Virus record (IMG/VR): IMGVR_UViG_3300042691_027241
Coordinates: 1-64,000 of that record
Reading direction: 5' to 3' (one strand)
Source: a virus
DNA: 64,000 nucleotides
The position numbers and the translations under genes are program-made. Below, piece by piece: positions 49,261 through 58,704 of this stretch. The notes under the pieces are model-generated. The model did not search any database. It was given only the letters and a program-made list of their open reading frames with translations, and was not told the origin of the DNA. Numbering within the stretch: the stretch's first letter is position 1; each line of letters starts with the position of its first letter.

Positions 49261-49665
49261 ATGGGAATCAGTTTAGAAGAATATTTAAGGAACAGAGAAT
49301 CGTGTGAGGTTTGCGATGCTAACGGTGATACCGATCATTGTAAAACAACTATGTTGAGCAGGACTGATAATTGTTTAATTTATAACAGTATCCTTCTAAA
49401 TGACGATCCTCACGACGATAATGATGTGCTTTTGTTACAAAATTTAAGATCAGAGTCACGAGAAGAGAAGATAATCGAGTACTACATTAGATCTGAAAAA
49501 TTAGTTAAACACGCTAAATTTGTTTATGATCGATCTTTTTGGGTAGCAAATTACAACAATTTTGTAAAAAGTATAGTTATATCATTAAAAAACAATGATA
49601 AAGCAGCAGCAATTGAGGGTATCTTTACAATGCTCGAAACATTAGAACAAGAATTTCGCTTATAA
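49261..49665 (+). CDS. Hypothetical protein resembling a standalone CFI-box-CTERM-like domain
   Basis: CLIYN...DDNDVLLLQNLR...IIEYYIRSEKLV pattern; extra N-terminal CEVC. Confidence 0.45.
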   Translation: MGISLEEYLRNRESCEVCDANGDTDHCKTTMLSRTDNCLIYNSILLNDDPHDDNDVLLLQNLRSESREEKIIEYYIRSEKLVKHAKFVYDRSFWVANYNNFVKSIVISLKNNDKAAAIEGIFTMLETLEQEFRL

Positions 49666-49671
49666 AAACGT

Positions 49672-49679
49672 CATAAATA
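49672..49679 (+). promoter_or_regulatory. T4-type late promoter (CATAAATA)
   Basis: Upstream of GGAGA RBS and ATG 49701. Confidence 0.65.
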
Positions 49680-49700
49680 ATAGAGTCGGAGAACACTTAA

Positions 49701-51350
49701 ATGGCATACAATATTACATTATCAAATGGTGGGCAATTAATTACAGGAGGACTACCTGATGGCACCATTGATCAAACCAGTTCAAGCTTAACACTTGTTG
49801 GTAAAAATTACCCTGGTTATGGTACTTTTTTAAACGAAAATATGATTCGTTTGGTTGAAAATTTTGCAAATGGCGCAGCTCCTACTGCTCCTTTACCAGG
49901 ACAGCTATGGTGGGATACTGCTGGAAAATATTTAAAGATTAACACATCATCTACTAAAGGAACAGCAGCAAGCGCATGGAAAACCATGGCCACAATGACT
50001 TCCGGGTCAAGTCAGCCAAACAATCCTATTGTCGGCGAGCAGTGGTGGGATACCTCAAATGTGCAGTTAAAAGTTTGGAACGGAACATCATGGACCGCAG
50101 TGGGCCCACTTACTACCAGTGCCACTGGTAATACCGGGGCAGTCCCTGATACCATTGTTGCAACCAGCCCATCTGCCACTTACGTTGTTCTAAAATTTTA
50201 TATAGACAATGCTCTTGTGGGCATTTGGAGCAAAGAAGCAACATTTAGCACAGCAGTTACAGGATTTGCAACTGTTAAAACCGGATTAAATTTGGCCACT
50301 AATATTACAAACCAAGCTTTCCAGGGTACCGCCGATGTAGCAAACAATCTTTATGTAAGTGTTGGATTCCCGAGCGTACCTGGAAGTTCTTTCTTACGTA
50401 ATGATGTAAGCGGCACTTTGAACGGTGCGCTAACTATTACAAACGATACTGGTTTAAAAGTTGGTGTTGCAAGCGATTTTGAAGCCACCGTAACAAGTGG
50501 CGAAGTCACACTAAGAAACGTTACTAACAACAAAGATTTGCATCTAAGTATAAAAAAAGCCGGTGCACAAACAGTTTTTCTTAAAGGAAACGCCATTTCA
50601 GGGCTACCAGAGGCGATTGCCAGTCCAACAGCTTCATCAAATGGGTTTACACTGACAACTAAAGATTATGTTGATACACTTTTAGGCGGCGGAGTAGGCA
50701 CCACATCGTTTAGTGCAAACGTAAATCCAAGCGCCAACTTAACTTATACACTTGGTAATGTTACTAATCGGTGGAGCAACATTTTTTTACAATCAAGTTT
50801 AATTGGCAATGTATTTGCAGCTAACGTAAACACAACAAGAGCCAATCTTGCCACAGTATATGTGTCTGATACTATTTTACCAACTGCTAATACCACAGTC
50901 AATCTTGGCAGTACTGGCATGTGGTTCAATACTTTCTATGGAGTATCGGTTCAAGCTAAATATGCTGACTTAGCAGAAAGATTCAGCAGTGATCAACCCT
51001 ATCCGGCCGGGACTGTAGTTGCACTTGGCGGTGTTAAAGAAATTACAGCAGCAGACGAAGAATTAAGTGACGATGTTTTTGGTGTAATTAGCACAAGAGC
51101 TGCATATCTAATGAACGGTGCAGCTGGAGACGACGTTACTCATCCACCAGTGGCAGTAAATGGCAGAGTGCCTGTACGTGTAATTGGAAAAGTCAAAAAA
51201 GGTGACAGACTGGTGGCGGCAGGAAACGGATTAGCTCGCGCCGGTGCAAAGAATGAAATTTCAGCATTTAACGTAATTGGCAGGAGTTTAGAAGATAAAT
51301 TTGATACGGCCGAGGGAACTATTGAGGCTATCGTTAAGTTAAATAGTTAA
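49701..51350 (+). CDS. Tail fibre protein with C-terminal intramolecular chaperone/autocleavage-like domain
   Basis: SLTLVGKNYPGYG..NENMIRLVENFA..GQLWWDT; C-terminal YADLAERF..GTVV..GVIST..PPVAVNGRVPVRVIGKVKKGDRLV (peptidase G2/IMC-like). Confidence 0.8.
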   Translation: MAYNITLSNGGQLITGGLPDGTIDQTSSSLTLVGKNYPGYGTFLNENMIRLVENFANGAAPTAPLPGQLWWDTAGKYLKINTSSTKGTAASAWKTMATMTSGSSQPNNPIVGEQWWDTSNVQLKVWNGTSWTAVGPLTTSATGNTGAVPDTIVATSPSATYVVLKFYIDNALVGIWSKEATFSTAVTGFATVKTGLNLATNITNQAFQGTADVANNLYVSVGFPSVPGSSFLRNDVSGTLNGALTITNDTGLKVGVASDFEATVTSGEVTLRNVTNNKDLHLSIKKAGAQTVFLKGNAISGLPEAIASPTASSNGFTLTTKDYVDTLLGGGVGTTSFSANVNPSANLTYTLGNVTNRWSNIFLQSSLIGNVFAANVNTTRANLATVYVSDTILPTANTTVNLGSTGMWFNTFYGVSVQAKYADLAERFSSDQPYPAGTVVALGGVKEITAADEELSDDVFGVISTRAAYLMNGAAGDDVTHPPVAVNGRVPVRVIGKVKKGDRLVAAGNGLARAGAKNEISAFNVIGRSLEDKFDTAEGTIEAIVKLNS

Positions 51351-51363
51351 TAGGATTTAAAAC

Positions 51364-52296
51364 ATGGCATACGCACAGTCAGGTCTGATTGAAGCAGCAG
51401 ACTATAACAACTTTATAAATGGAACTAATCAACTTAACAGAGTATGGGGCACAGGTAACGGTGATGCTGGTTATGGTCAAACTGCTGTATCGACTGTTGC
51501 AGCAGGAAATACTGTAACTGCTACACAGTGGGCAAGCTTGATTAATACTTTGAACAGTGCATTAACACATCAAAGCGGATCAGGTTCTGGTATTTCTGCC
51601 GTTGTCTCCGGAGATAGAATAAATCATCTGTCTACACTTGCTACAAACATTAATACCAGTTACACAAACAGACTAAATTTTGCTACACAAGGTACAACTA
51701 CTACCGGAGCCACTACTAATTCAGTTCTTAATGTAACAGGCGCAGCAGCACAATCACTAACAATTACACGTACAGCTACTTTTTCTTCCGGGGACGCAGC
51801 AAGGTATTTTTTTAACAGTGGCGGTCAATTAAATTTAATTATTGGTGCTGGTACAAATACTGGAGCAACAGGTCGAGGCGCAGGCTTAATTACCATGGCA
51901 ACTGCTGCTGGCGGAGTAACTGCTTTTAGATCAGTAACCAATGGCGGGCGATCAGGATCAGGTCAGACACAAAACACCAATAACACGTCTATTGGATATT
52001 ATGATTTAACCACACTTAATCAAACTATTGTGAGTTTGACAGCAATATCCAGCCCCTATACTGCGTACCCAAGCGACACCGTCACAATCGTTGCTCGATC
52101 AAATGGCGTCCAAGGTGCCAATTCTGATAATGGAACAATTATAACCTTTGTGATAACGCTTACATCAGCAGCTCAAGCAACCTTAGACGGTGGATATAAC
52201 GATACTATTAATATTACTATTCCTAATAGAATTGATATAATATATCCAGAAACAACAAATTTGACCAATTCCTGGGGTACAGTAACTCTTGGATAA
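51364..52296 (+). CDS. Thr/Gly-rich virion structural protein
   Basis: GLIEAADYN, GDAGYGQ, VTATQWASL, AARYFFNSGG; last gene before terminator. Confidence 0.65.
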   Translation: MAYAQSGLIEAADYNNFINGTNQLNRVWGTGNGDAGYGQTAVSTVAAGNTVTATQWASLINTLNSALTHQSGSGSGISAVVSGDRINHLSTLATNINTSYTNRLNFATQGTTTTGATTNSVLNVTGAAAQSLTITRTATFSSGDAARYFFNSGGQLNLIIGAGTNTGATGRGAGLITMATAAGGVTAFRSVTNGGRSGSGQTQNTNNTSIGYYDLTTLNQTIVSLTAISSPYTAYPSDTVTIVARSNGVQGANSDNGTIITFVITLTSAAQATLDGGYNDTINITIPNRIDIIYPETTNLTNSWGTVTLG

Positions 52297-52311
52297 TTAG
52301 CAACTAATTAT

Positions 52312-52340
52312 TTGACTTTATTATGGGTAGAATGTAAAAT
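52312..52340 (+). promoter_or_regulatory. Sigma70-like promoter TTGACT-N17-TAAAAT
   Basis: -35 at 52312-52317, -10 at 52335-52340, 17-bp spacer. Confidence 0.7.
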
Positions 52341-52363
52341 AACATCTACCCATTTCTTTTTTT
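52323..52363 (+). terminator. Intrinsic terminator ending the late tail operon
   Basis: Stem ATGGGTAG-A-ATGT / ACAT-CTACCCAT followed by TTCTTTTTTT. Confidence 0.7.
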
Positions 52364-52366
52364 ACT

Positions 52367-52681
52367 ATGAACGAATTAGATGACTTAGTTGCCGAAATCA
52401 AGCAGGCAACCGACTACCAGGCCAATAAAAGAACTCTTCGAGAAAAGATTCAAACTGACCTACACATGACGCATAATGGTGGATTATTTAAAATTACACC
52501 AGAATTATTAGCTTTTGTTAAAACTTGGTCTATTGATGAATTATACTTGGAAGATGTTTATGAAAATCCTATCAAAATTGACAGACAAGTTTTTTTAGTA
52601 ACTGCACAACAACATTATCAAACGGTCATGAATGAGTGGCATCAACAACATGAATATCTCAAGAAACAGCGAAGAATCTAA
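52367..52681 (+). CDS. Hypothetical protein
   Basis: 104 aa, HNGGLFKITPELLAFV...LEDVYENPI; first gene after promoter. Confidence 0.65.
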   Translation: MNELDDLVAEIKQATDYQANKRTLREKIQTDLHMTHNGGLFKITPELLAFVKTWSIDELYLEDVYENPIKIDRQVFLVTAQQHYQTVMNEWHQQHEYLKKQRRI

Positions 52682-53465
52682 AGGCGTTGTATTATTTGCT
52701 TTTAATACGGATTCAGTTGATTACGTTGCTATAGCAGATAGGTGTGCTTTGCTTGTTTCTAAGTTTTTAGAACTACCTGTAACTTTAATAACAGATAAAA
52801 CTTCTTCTCCAGAATTCGAGTATGATCATATTATACGATTAGATTACACTGGTGCTAATCAGCGCACTGATGTCGTGACAAAAAAACAAGTCCAGTGGAA
52901 AAATTTTCATAGGCATAGTGTTTATCAACATACGCCTTATGATAATACTCTCATGATTGATACAGATTATGTGGTATTAGATACCTCATTGCTAAAACTA
53001 TTTGATCAGACGTATGATTATTTGATACAGGGCAAGAGTAACGATTTTAAACATTCAATGCCTGCGCGAATGGGAAATATTGGACTACCGTATGTTTGGG
53101 CTACAGTAGTTTTATTTAGAAAGACACCTAAAAGCAAACTATTTTTTAATCTGGTTGGACGTATACAAAGAAACTGGGGCTATTATAGAAGTTTGTTTAA
53201 TGTCGATGGCGCACAATACAGAAACGACTTTGCATTTGCAATGGCAAATATTATACTTAATGGGTATAGTCTTGACAAACGAAATCTCATTCCGTGGCAC
53301 ATGCTTACTATATCCGAAGAAATCACTGCAATAAACATAAAGGATAACATGTTAATAATACGAACTCCCGACAAAGCTTACATGATTCCGAAACATAATA
53401 TACACGTAATGCACAAGCAATATTTGTTAACTGAAAATTATTTACAACTGATTAATAATGTTTAA
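52632..53465 (+). CDS. GT-A fold glycosyltransferase-like protein
   Basis: KGVVLFAFN..VDY, TPYDNTLMIDTDY (DxD), WATVVLFRK, YRNDFAF, HVMHK. Confidence 0.65.
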   Translation: MSGINNMNISRNSEESKGVVLFAFNTDSVDYVAIADRCALLVSKFLELPVTLITDKTSSPEFEYDHIIRLDYTGANQRTDVVTKKQVQWKNFHRHSVYQHTPYDNTLMIDTDYVVLDTSLLKLFDQTYDYLIQGKSNDFKHSMPARMGNIGLPYVWATVVLFRKTPKSKLFFNLVGRIQRNWGYYRSLFNVDGAQYRNDFAFAMANIILNGYSLDKRNLIPWHMLTISEEITAINIKDNMLIIRTPDKAYMIPKHNIHVMHKQYLLTENYLQLINNV

Positions 53466-54291
53466 TCACAAAGAACAACAAGGATTTTTAACTTTAGCCT
53501 ACAATTCAAATAAAGTAGATTATTTAGAATTGGCTTATCTACAGGCAATGAGTATCAAGACGACTATGCCTAATGCCAAAGTTGCTGTGGTTGTTGATTT
53601 TAAGACCAAGAAAAATGTAACCTCTAAAATTGAAAAAGTATTTGATTATATAATAGAAGGTAAAGACAGTGAATGGCCAATGCAAGTCGAACCAGATTTA
53701 TTTTGGCTTACTCCGTTTAAGGAAACTATTAAACTTGAATCAGATTTATTAATTACACGTAATATAGAACACTGGTGGCATGCTTTAAGATTGCGTAACG
53801 TGGTGCTAAGTACTCATTGTCGTAATACAGAGGATACAGTTGTTGTTGACACCGAATATAGAAAATTTTGGTCAGACAACAATTTGCCAAACATATACAA
53901 TGGAATGATGTATTTTAGATATTCGCAAGAAGCCGCACTTTTTTTTAATACAGCTAAAAAACTGTACAGGCATTATGATTATCTCAGAGATAACGTTTTG
54001 AAAAATTGTAGAGAAGAACACCCAAGTACAGATGTAATTTATTCAATCGCAGCAAAAATAGTTGGCATAGAAAATTGTACTATTCCCAGTTTAGATTTTT
54101 TTAATTTTGTACACATGAAAACACATATACAAAATTGGCCGGGACAAGTAGAATGGAATGAATTGGTAGTATGTGAAATAGATCCGCCGGTGATTAGAAT
54201 TAATAATCTCAATCAGTATAATCCTGTTCATTATCATGTTAAACACTGGCCAACAGACAGCATAATAAATAGATATGAACACACCTCCTGA
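53458..54291 (+). CDS. GT-A fold glycosyltransferase-like protein, paralog of 52632
   Basis: QGFLTLAYN..VDY, TPFKETIKLESD (ExD), YNGMMYFRY, STDV, FVHMK, VHYH. Confidence 0.65.
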   Translation: MFNHKEQQGFLTLAYNSNKVDYLELAYLQAMSIKTTMPNAKVAVVVDFKTKKNVTSKIEKVFDYIIEGKDSEWPMQVEPDLFWLTPFKETIKLESDLLITRNIEHWWHALRLRNVVLSTHCRNTEDTVVVDTEYRKFWSDNNLPNIYNGMMYFRYSQEAALFFNTAKKLYRHYDYLRDNVLKNCREEHPSTDVIYSIAAKIVGIENCTIPSLDFFNFVHMKTHIQNWPGQVEWNELVVCEIDPPVIRINNLNQYNPVHYHVKHWPTDSIINRYEHTS

Positions 54292-54631
54292 ATTAATTGA
54301 AGCCATTGGCTTAATTCGAGAAATTCCGCAGCCAAAAATAGAGTACAGAATACATTACGACAGTAAAGGATTTATTGTAAGTTGTACAATGATTGACCAT
54401 CCAGACGATTCTAATTACATTGTAGTAGATCAAGAGACTTATGACAATTACTTTAGATATGACAGAGTGATAAACGGAAAATTAAGAAAAATAATTCATG
54501 ATCCGGGATATAGAGTACAATTACATCCAAGCACAAGCGGTTATAAAGTGATTAAAAATCACGCAGCTTTACTTTTAGAAGAGAATGAACAATACAATGA
54601 CACAGAATTCTACAATGGTTCAAATAATTGA
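54275..54631 (+). CDS. Hypothetical protein
   Basis: 118 aa, overlapping both neighbours. Confidence 0.6.
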   Translation: MNTPPELIEAIGLIREIPQPKIEYRIHYDSKGFIVSCTMIDHPDDSNYIVVDQETYDNYFRYDRVINGKLRKIIHDPGYRVQLHPSTSGYKVIKNHAALLLEENEQYNDTEFYNGSNN

Positions 54632-55541
54632 TATAGCAGATTTAGATTGTATATTTTTAACTTATGACGAACCTAAAAAAGAAGAGTTTTGGATCAAGAT
54701 TCAAAACATGGTGCCGTGGGCAAAGAGAGTTGATGGAGTTAAAGGGTCTGATGCAGCGCATAAAGCAGCCGCCGCCGCCAGCGACACAGACCGTTTTGTT
54801 CTTGTTGACGGAGATAATATTCCGGACCCAGAATTTTTTAACTTACAACTATCGCTGGATGAAAGAAATCATGATCACGTTTTTAGATGGAAAGCACGTA
54901 ACGTTATAAATGGTCTTAGATACGGAAACGGCGGCCTAAGCTGTTGGACAAAAGATTTTGTAAACAACATGCGTACACACGAAGCCAGTCTTGGCGATGA
55001 AGAAACTGCCGTTGAATTTTGTTTTAATCCAAAATACACAGCTATGCACAATTGTTATAGCACAACCTATCCCAATGGTAGTGCTAAACAAGCATGGCGT
55101 GCAGGATTCAGAGAAGGTGTAAAAATGTGTCTTGACAGAGGACACAAACCTTCGTTGCAAGAATTTGAAGAAGGTGTGAACAAACGTAATTATGATCACT
55201 TGTGTATCTGGCAAAGTGTGGGCGCAGATGTAGAAAATGGTTATTGGGCAATGTACGGTGCAAGATTAGGAACATACATGATTATGTTGGAAGGATGGGA
55301 TTATCATCAGGTACAGGACTTTGATACACTGGAAATGTTATGGAATAGTTTCAGTAAGGAAGATCCCAAAGAAGGATGCGAGAGAATCGAAAGTTCGTTA
55401 ACAACAAGATTAGGATTACCTATCGTTACTTACACTCCCAAGCAAAGTCAATTTTTTAAGCATCATTATAGTATTGGTCAACGCAACAGCGAGATTATGA
55501 TGACCGAAATAGATGTTATACGTAGGATCGAAGGATGGTAA
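54615..55541 (+). CDS. Glycosyltransferase family 2-like protein
   Basis: DCIFLTYDEP, RVDGVKGSDAAHKAAA, FVLVDGDN (DxD), YGNGG, AWRAGFREGVK; start probably 54615. Confidence 0.7.
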   Translation: MVQIIDIADLDCIFLTYDEPKKEEFWIKIQNMVPWAKRVDGVKGSDAAHKAAAAASDTDRFVLVDGDNIPDPEFFNLQLSLDERNHDHVFRWKARNVINGLRYGNGGLSCWTKDFVNNMRTHEASLGDEETAVEFCFNPKYTAMHNCYSTTYPNGSAKQAWRAGFREGVKMCLDRGHKPSLQEFEEGVNKRNYDHLCIWQSVGADVENGYWAMYGARLGTYMIMLEGWDYHQVQDFDTLEMLWNSFSKEDPKEGCERIESSLTTRLGLPIVTYTPKQSQFFKHHYSIGQRNSEIMMTEIDVIRRIEGW

Positions 55542-56570
55542 GTGTATAGACATGCCGAAATAGTGCATTGGATGCACAATAAAGAAACTCACGCAATCAT
55601 ACCGCAGCAGGTAGATATTGATCTGACTAATATTTGCAATCAAGATTGTTTCTATTGTAATTCCGCAGAACATAGAAAATTAGCACCTGTACAAAAACAT
55701 TATACAGAATATATTCGATTACTTGATAAACTTGCTGCCTGGCGTGAGCATAGTCCACAGAGTTTTGGTAGCTTACATACTATTACCTACCCTGGTGGCG
55801 GCGAACCTACATTATTGCCCGGCTATGAAAATGTTATTGAACATACTATCAACTTAGGTTTCCTGACAAGTCTGACTACAAACGGTACGCAACTGGAACC
55901 ACTAATAGAAAATGTTTCTGTAGATAAGTTACGTCAAATGGCATGGATTGGGATAGACATCGACGCCGGCACTGAGGATCTATACGAAAAGATTCGACGC
56001 AGCATACCCAAGCGATCGCCATTTAGTAAAGTAATGCGTAATGCACAAGAATTAGTTCGCTTAGGTGTGAATGTGGATTTTAAAGTTTTATTAAATGAAT
56101 ATAACAATAATAAAAAAGCTATTGAAGATATTTTTAAACAATGTAAAGACGTTGGTGTTAGATTACTTTACTTTAGACCTGCAATTATTAATAATCAGGC
56201 ATATCCATGGGGCGAGGCAGAATGGAGCATGATAAATGAACTTTCTGCACAATACAAAGTAGAGTCTAAGTTTAATAAAACTAAAACAGAAACTAGGAAC
56301 TACTCGCGATGTCACCAAATGTTTCAATTTCCGGTATTTTGTGCTGACGGTTACATTTATACATGCTGCGACAACAAAGGTAATCCCAACTTTGCCCTAG
56401 GTCGATGGGATGAGATGGATTTTAGAGATATATGGCTTAACGATCGTCATTACAACATTTATGATAAAACAAATACTCATTTATGTCCGCCCTGCCGACC
56501 AAACAAACATAATATTGAAATTCAAAAAATTATTGACCAAAATAGTTTAATGGAAAATTTATACACATGA
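55542..56570 (+). CDS. Radical SAM/SPASM protein
   Basis: CNQDCFYC, GGGEPT, TTNG; C-terminal RCH..ADGYIYTCCD..CPPC. Confidence 0.9.
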   Translation: MYRHAEIVHWMHNKETHAIIPQQVDIDLTNICNQDCFYCNSAEHRKLAPVQKHYTEYIRLLDKLAAWREHSPQSFGSLHTITYPGGGEPTLLPGYENVIEHTINLGFLTSLTTNGTQLEPLIENVSVDKLRQMAWIGIDIDAGTEDLYEKIRRSIPKRSPFSKVMRNAQELVRLGVNVDFKVLLNEYNNNKKAIEDIFKQCKDVGVRLLYFRPAIINNQAYPWGEAEWSMINELSAQYKVESKFNKTKTETRNYSRCHQMFQFPVFCADGYIYTCCDNKGNPNFALGRWDEMDFRDIWLNDRHYNIYDKTNTHLCPPCRPNKHNIEIQKIIDQNSLMENLYT

Positions 56571-56923
56571 CTTTCTTTCCTGTAGTTGAATTAGTTGATC
56601 GTTATTCGATAGCTTGTTTAAAGTATGATAAAACTCATGCTAATCAAGAAGAAGTAGAATTTTATAAAAGCCAATTGAGCAATTACGATATTAGCTCTAT
56701 AAACAGCGAGATTACAGAGTTATATAATATACATAGCCAAATATGGGATTTAGAATCTCAGTTAAAATCTGGAAAAGAACACGAACTACCACTAGACGAA
56801 CTTGGACGCCGAGCAATCGCAATTAGAAATCTAAACAATAAAAGAATTAAGTTAAAAAACATCGCAGCAGAAAAACTAGGATGTGTAGTAAGAGAAATTA
56901 AGAAGGACCATTTAAGTGAATAA
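56567..56923 (+). CDS. Small helical protein (DUF4254/DUF6165-like)
   Basis: ELVDRYSIACLK...IWDLE...IRNLNNKRIKLKN pattern. Confidence 0.5.
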   Translation: MTFFPVVELVDRYSIACLKYDKTHANQEEVEFYKSQLSNYDISSINSEITELYNIHSQIWDLESQLKSGKEHELPLDELGRRAIAIRNLNNKRIKLKNIAAEKLGCVVREIKKDHLSE

Positions 56924-57857
56924 GTTTACTATTATCCCTGCTGATATGTTTATTTGGAATAAAATTGAATTGTTACAATTTTTAATTAGCAATCAAAATA
57001 ATCATATTTCTATTGACACAAATGAAGAAGGCTGTTGTGCCTATTCAATAGGTTTATATAAATTATTAGATTTATTTGAATTTAAGTCAGTTACAATCAA
57101 TACAAATAATATTTTAGAACATCACAAAAAATATAATATAACCGGTAGCAAATTTTTCAAATTTTTTAACATAGGCAATAATAGTTACAAGGAATATCAT
57201 GCTTGGAATGGAAATGCAGTATTCGGAGCATTTTATAATAGACCAATCTGGCACCGTCTTGGTTTAGCTGCCGAATTGTACGAACATAAAACTTTATTAA
57301 ACTTTAGGGCCAATCCGCACAATGAAGATAATCGTGCTCTTTTTGAATTACAAAAACTATTTGAAGTGAGTCCAGAGTCTGCTAAAAAGTTGTTAAACCT
57401 TGCAAATAATTTTCCTAAACAGTTAGAAAGTTCAGATGGGTATACAGTAGGGGCTACGACACAACAACACACCGATCAACTGTGCCAGTTTTACCCTAAT
57501 ATTTTTATTGATATAGTGGCAGAAACATTTGTCAACGGCCGTACTTTTTTTGTAACAGAAAAAACAGTTCGTCCTATGTTACTTAAAAAACCATTTATTA
57601 TAATGGGTTCAAAAAATTTCATGATATATTTAAGGCAAATGGGATTTAAAACTTTTTACGAATACTGGGATGAGGATTATGATGGCTTTGAAGGAAAAAA
57701 CAGATATTTAAAAATACTAGATATAATTGACATGCTGGCCAAAAAAACACCAAATGAACTAGAAGAAATGTACAAATCAATGCAGAATATATTAGATCAT
57801 AATTATAATTTGTTGGTCAATCAAATTTATAGTAAAAATATAACGCATGTCAATTAA
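56916..57857 (+). CDS. Putative glycosyltransferase-like protein (TEKT family)
   Basis: IDIVAET...FFVTEKTVRPMLLKKPFIIMG..YLRQMGFKTF..WDEDYD, reminiscent of GT10/GT-B C-terminal motif. Confidence 0.5.
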   Translation: MNKFTIIPADMFIWNKIELLQFLISNQNNHISIDTNEEGCCAYSIGLYKLLDLFEFKSVTINTNNILEHHKKYNITGSKFFKFFNIGNNSYKEYHAWNGNAVFGAFYNRPIWHRLGLAAELYEHKTLLNFRANPHNEDNRALFELQKLFEVSPESAKKLLNLANNFPKQLESSDGYTVGATTQQHTDQLCQFYPNIFIDIVAETFVNGRTFFVTEKTVRPMLLKKPFIIMGSKNFMIYLRQMGFKTFYEYWDEDYDGFEGKNRYLKILDIIDMLAKKTPNELEEMYKSMQNILDHNYNLLVNQIYSKNITHVN

Positions 57858-58704
57858 ACCAACGCTGCCTTTTGTTGAAACAATGATTACACAGGCCTGC
57901 AATATCAGCTGTTTGGGCTGTACTAATTATAGCGATCTCAAGCATAACGGATATGTAAGTTGGAGGGAAGGAAAAAAACAAATTGAGGCTTGGTTAGATA
58001 GAATCAATATTCCAGATTTTGGAATAATGGGAGGAGAACCATTAATCAACCCTGAAGTAAAAGAATGGATCAAAGGTTGCAGAGAACTTTTACCAAATGC
58101 CCAAATTAGATTTACTACGAACGGCATACTGTTATCAAAACATTTTGATATAATAGACTTAATGGCTGACATAGGAAACTGCGTATTTAAAATCACAGTA
58201 CATACCGAGAGTGCAATTGTTCAAGAACTGATTGATAAAATTTTATCAAAATATACATGGAGTCCAGTAGTCGAACACGGAATTAATAGGTTTAAAACAG
58301 ACAATAATTTAAGATTTCAAATTAGTCGTCCAGTTAGATTCGTTAAGACGTACCAAAACTCTTACAACAATATGCTTCCTTACAATAACGATCCTGTTAG
58401 TGCTTTTGATAATTGTTGTCAACAAACTTGCCCTCTTCTTTATAATGGCAACATATATAAATGTAGTACATCAGGTTTACTTAAAGGAGTTTTAGAGAGG
58501 TTCAATTACCCAAATAAAGATTCTTGGGATCCTTATATCACAAACGGAATTTCTCCGGACTGCGATAATATTGAGTTACAGAAATTTATTGACAATTTTG
58601 GAAAACCACACTCGTTATTATGTGGACAATGTCCGACAGCTAACGATAGTAACATTGTTCATTTAGAAAATGTTTATACAAAAAATGCACAGTTTAATTT
58701 CTGA
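57847..58704 (+). CDS. Radical SAM protein
   Basis: CNISCLGC, MGGEPLINP, TTNG; C-terminal CC..CP..YKC..CGQC. Confidence 0.88.
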   Translation: MSIKPTLPFVETMITQACNISCLGCTNYSDLKHNGYVSWREGKKQIEAWLDRINIPDFGIMGGEPLINPEVKEWIKGCRELLPNAQIRFTTNGILLSKHFDIIDLMADIGNCVFKITVHTESAIVQELIDKILSKYTWSPVVEHGINRFKTDNNLRFQISRPVRFVKTYQNSYNNMLPYNNDPVSAFDNCCQQTCPLLYNGNIYKCSTSGLLKGVLERFNYPNKDSWDPYITNGISPDCDNIELQKFIDNFGKPHSLLCGQCPTANDSNIVHLENVYTKNAQFNF

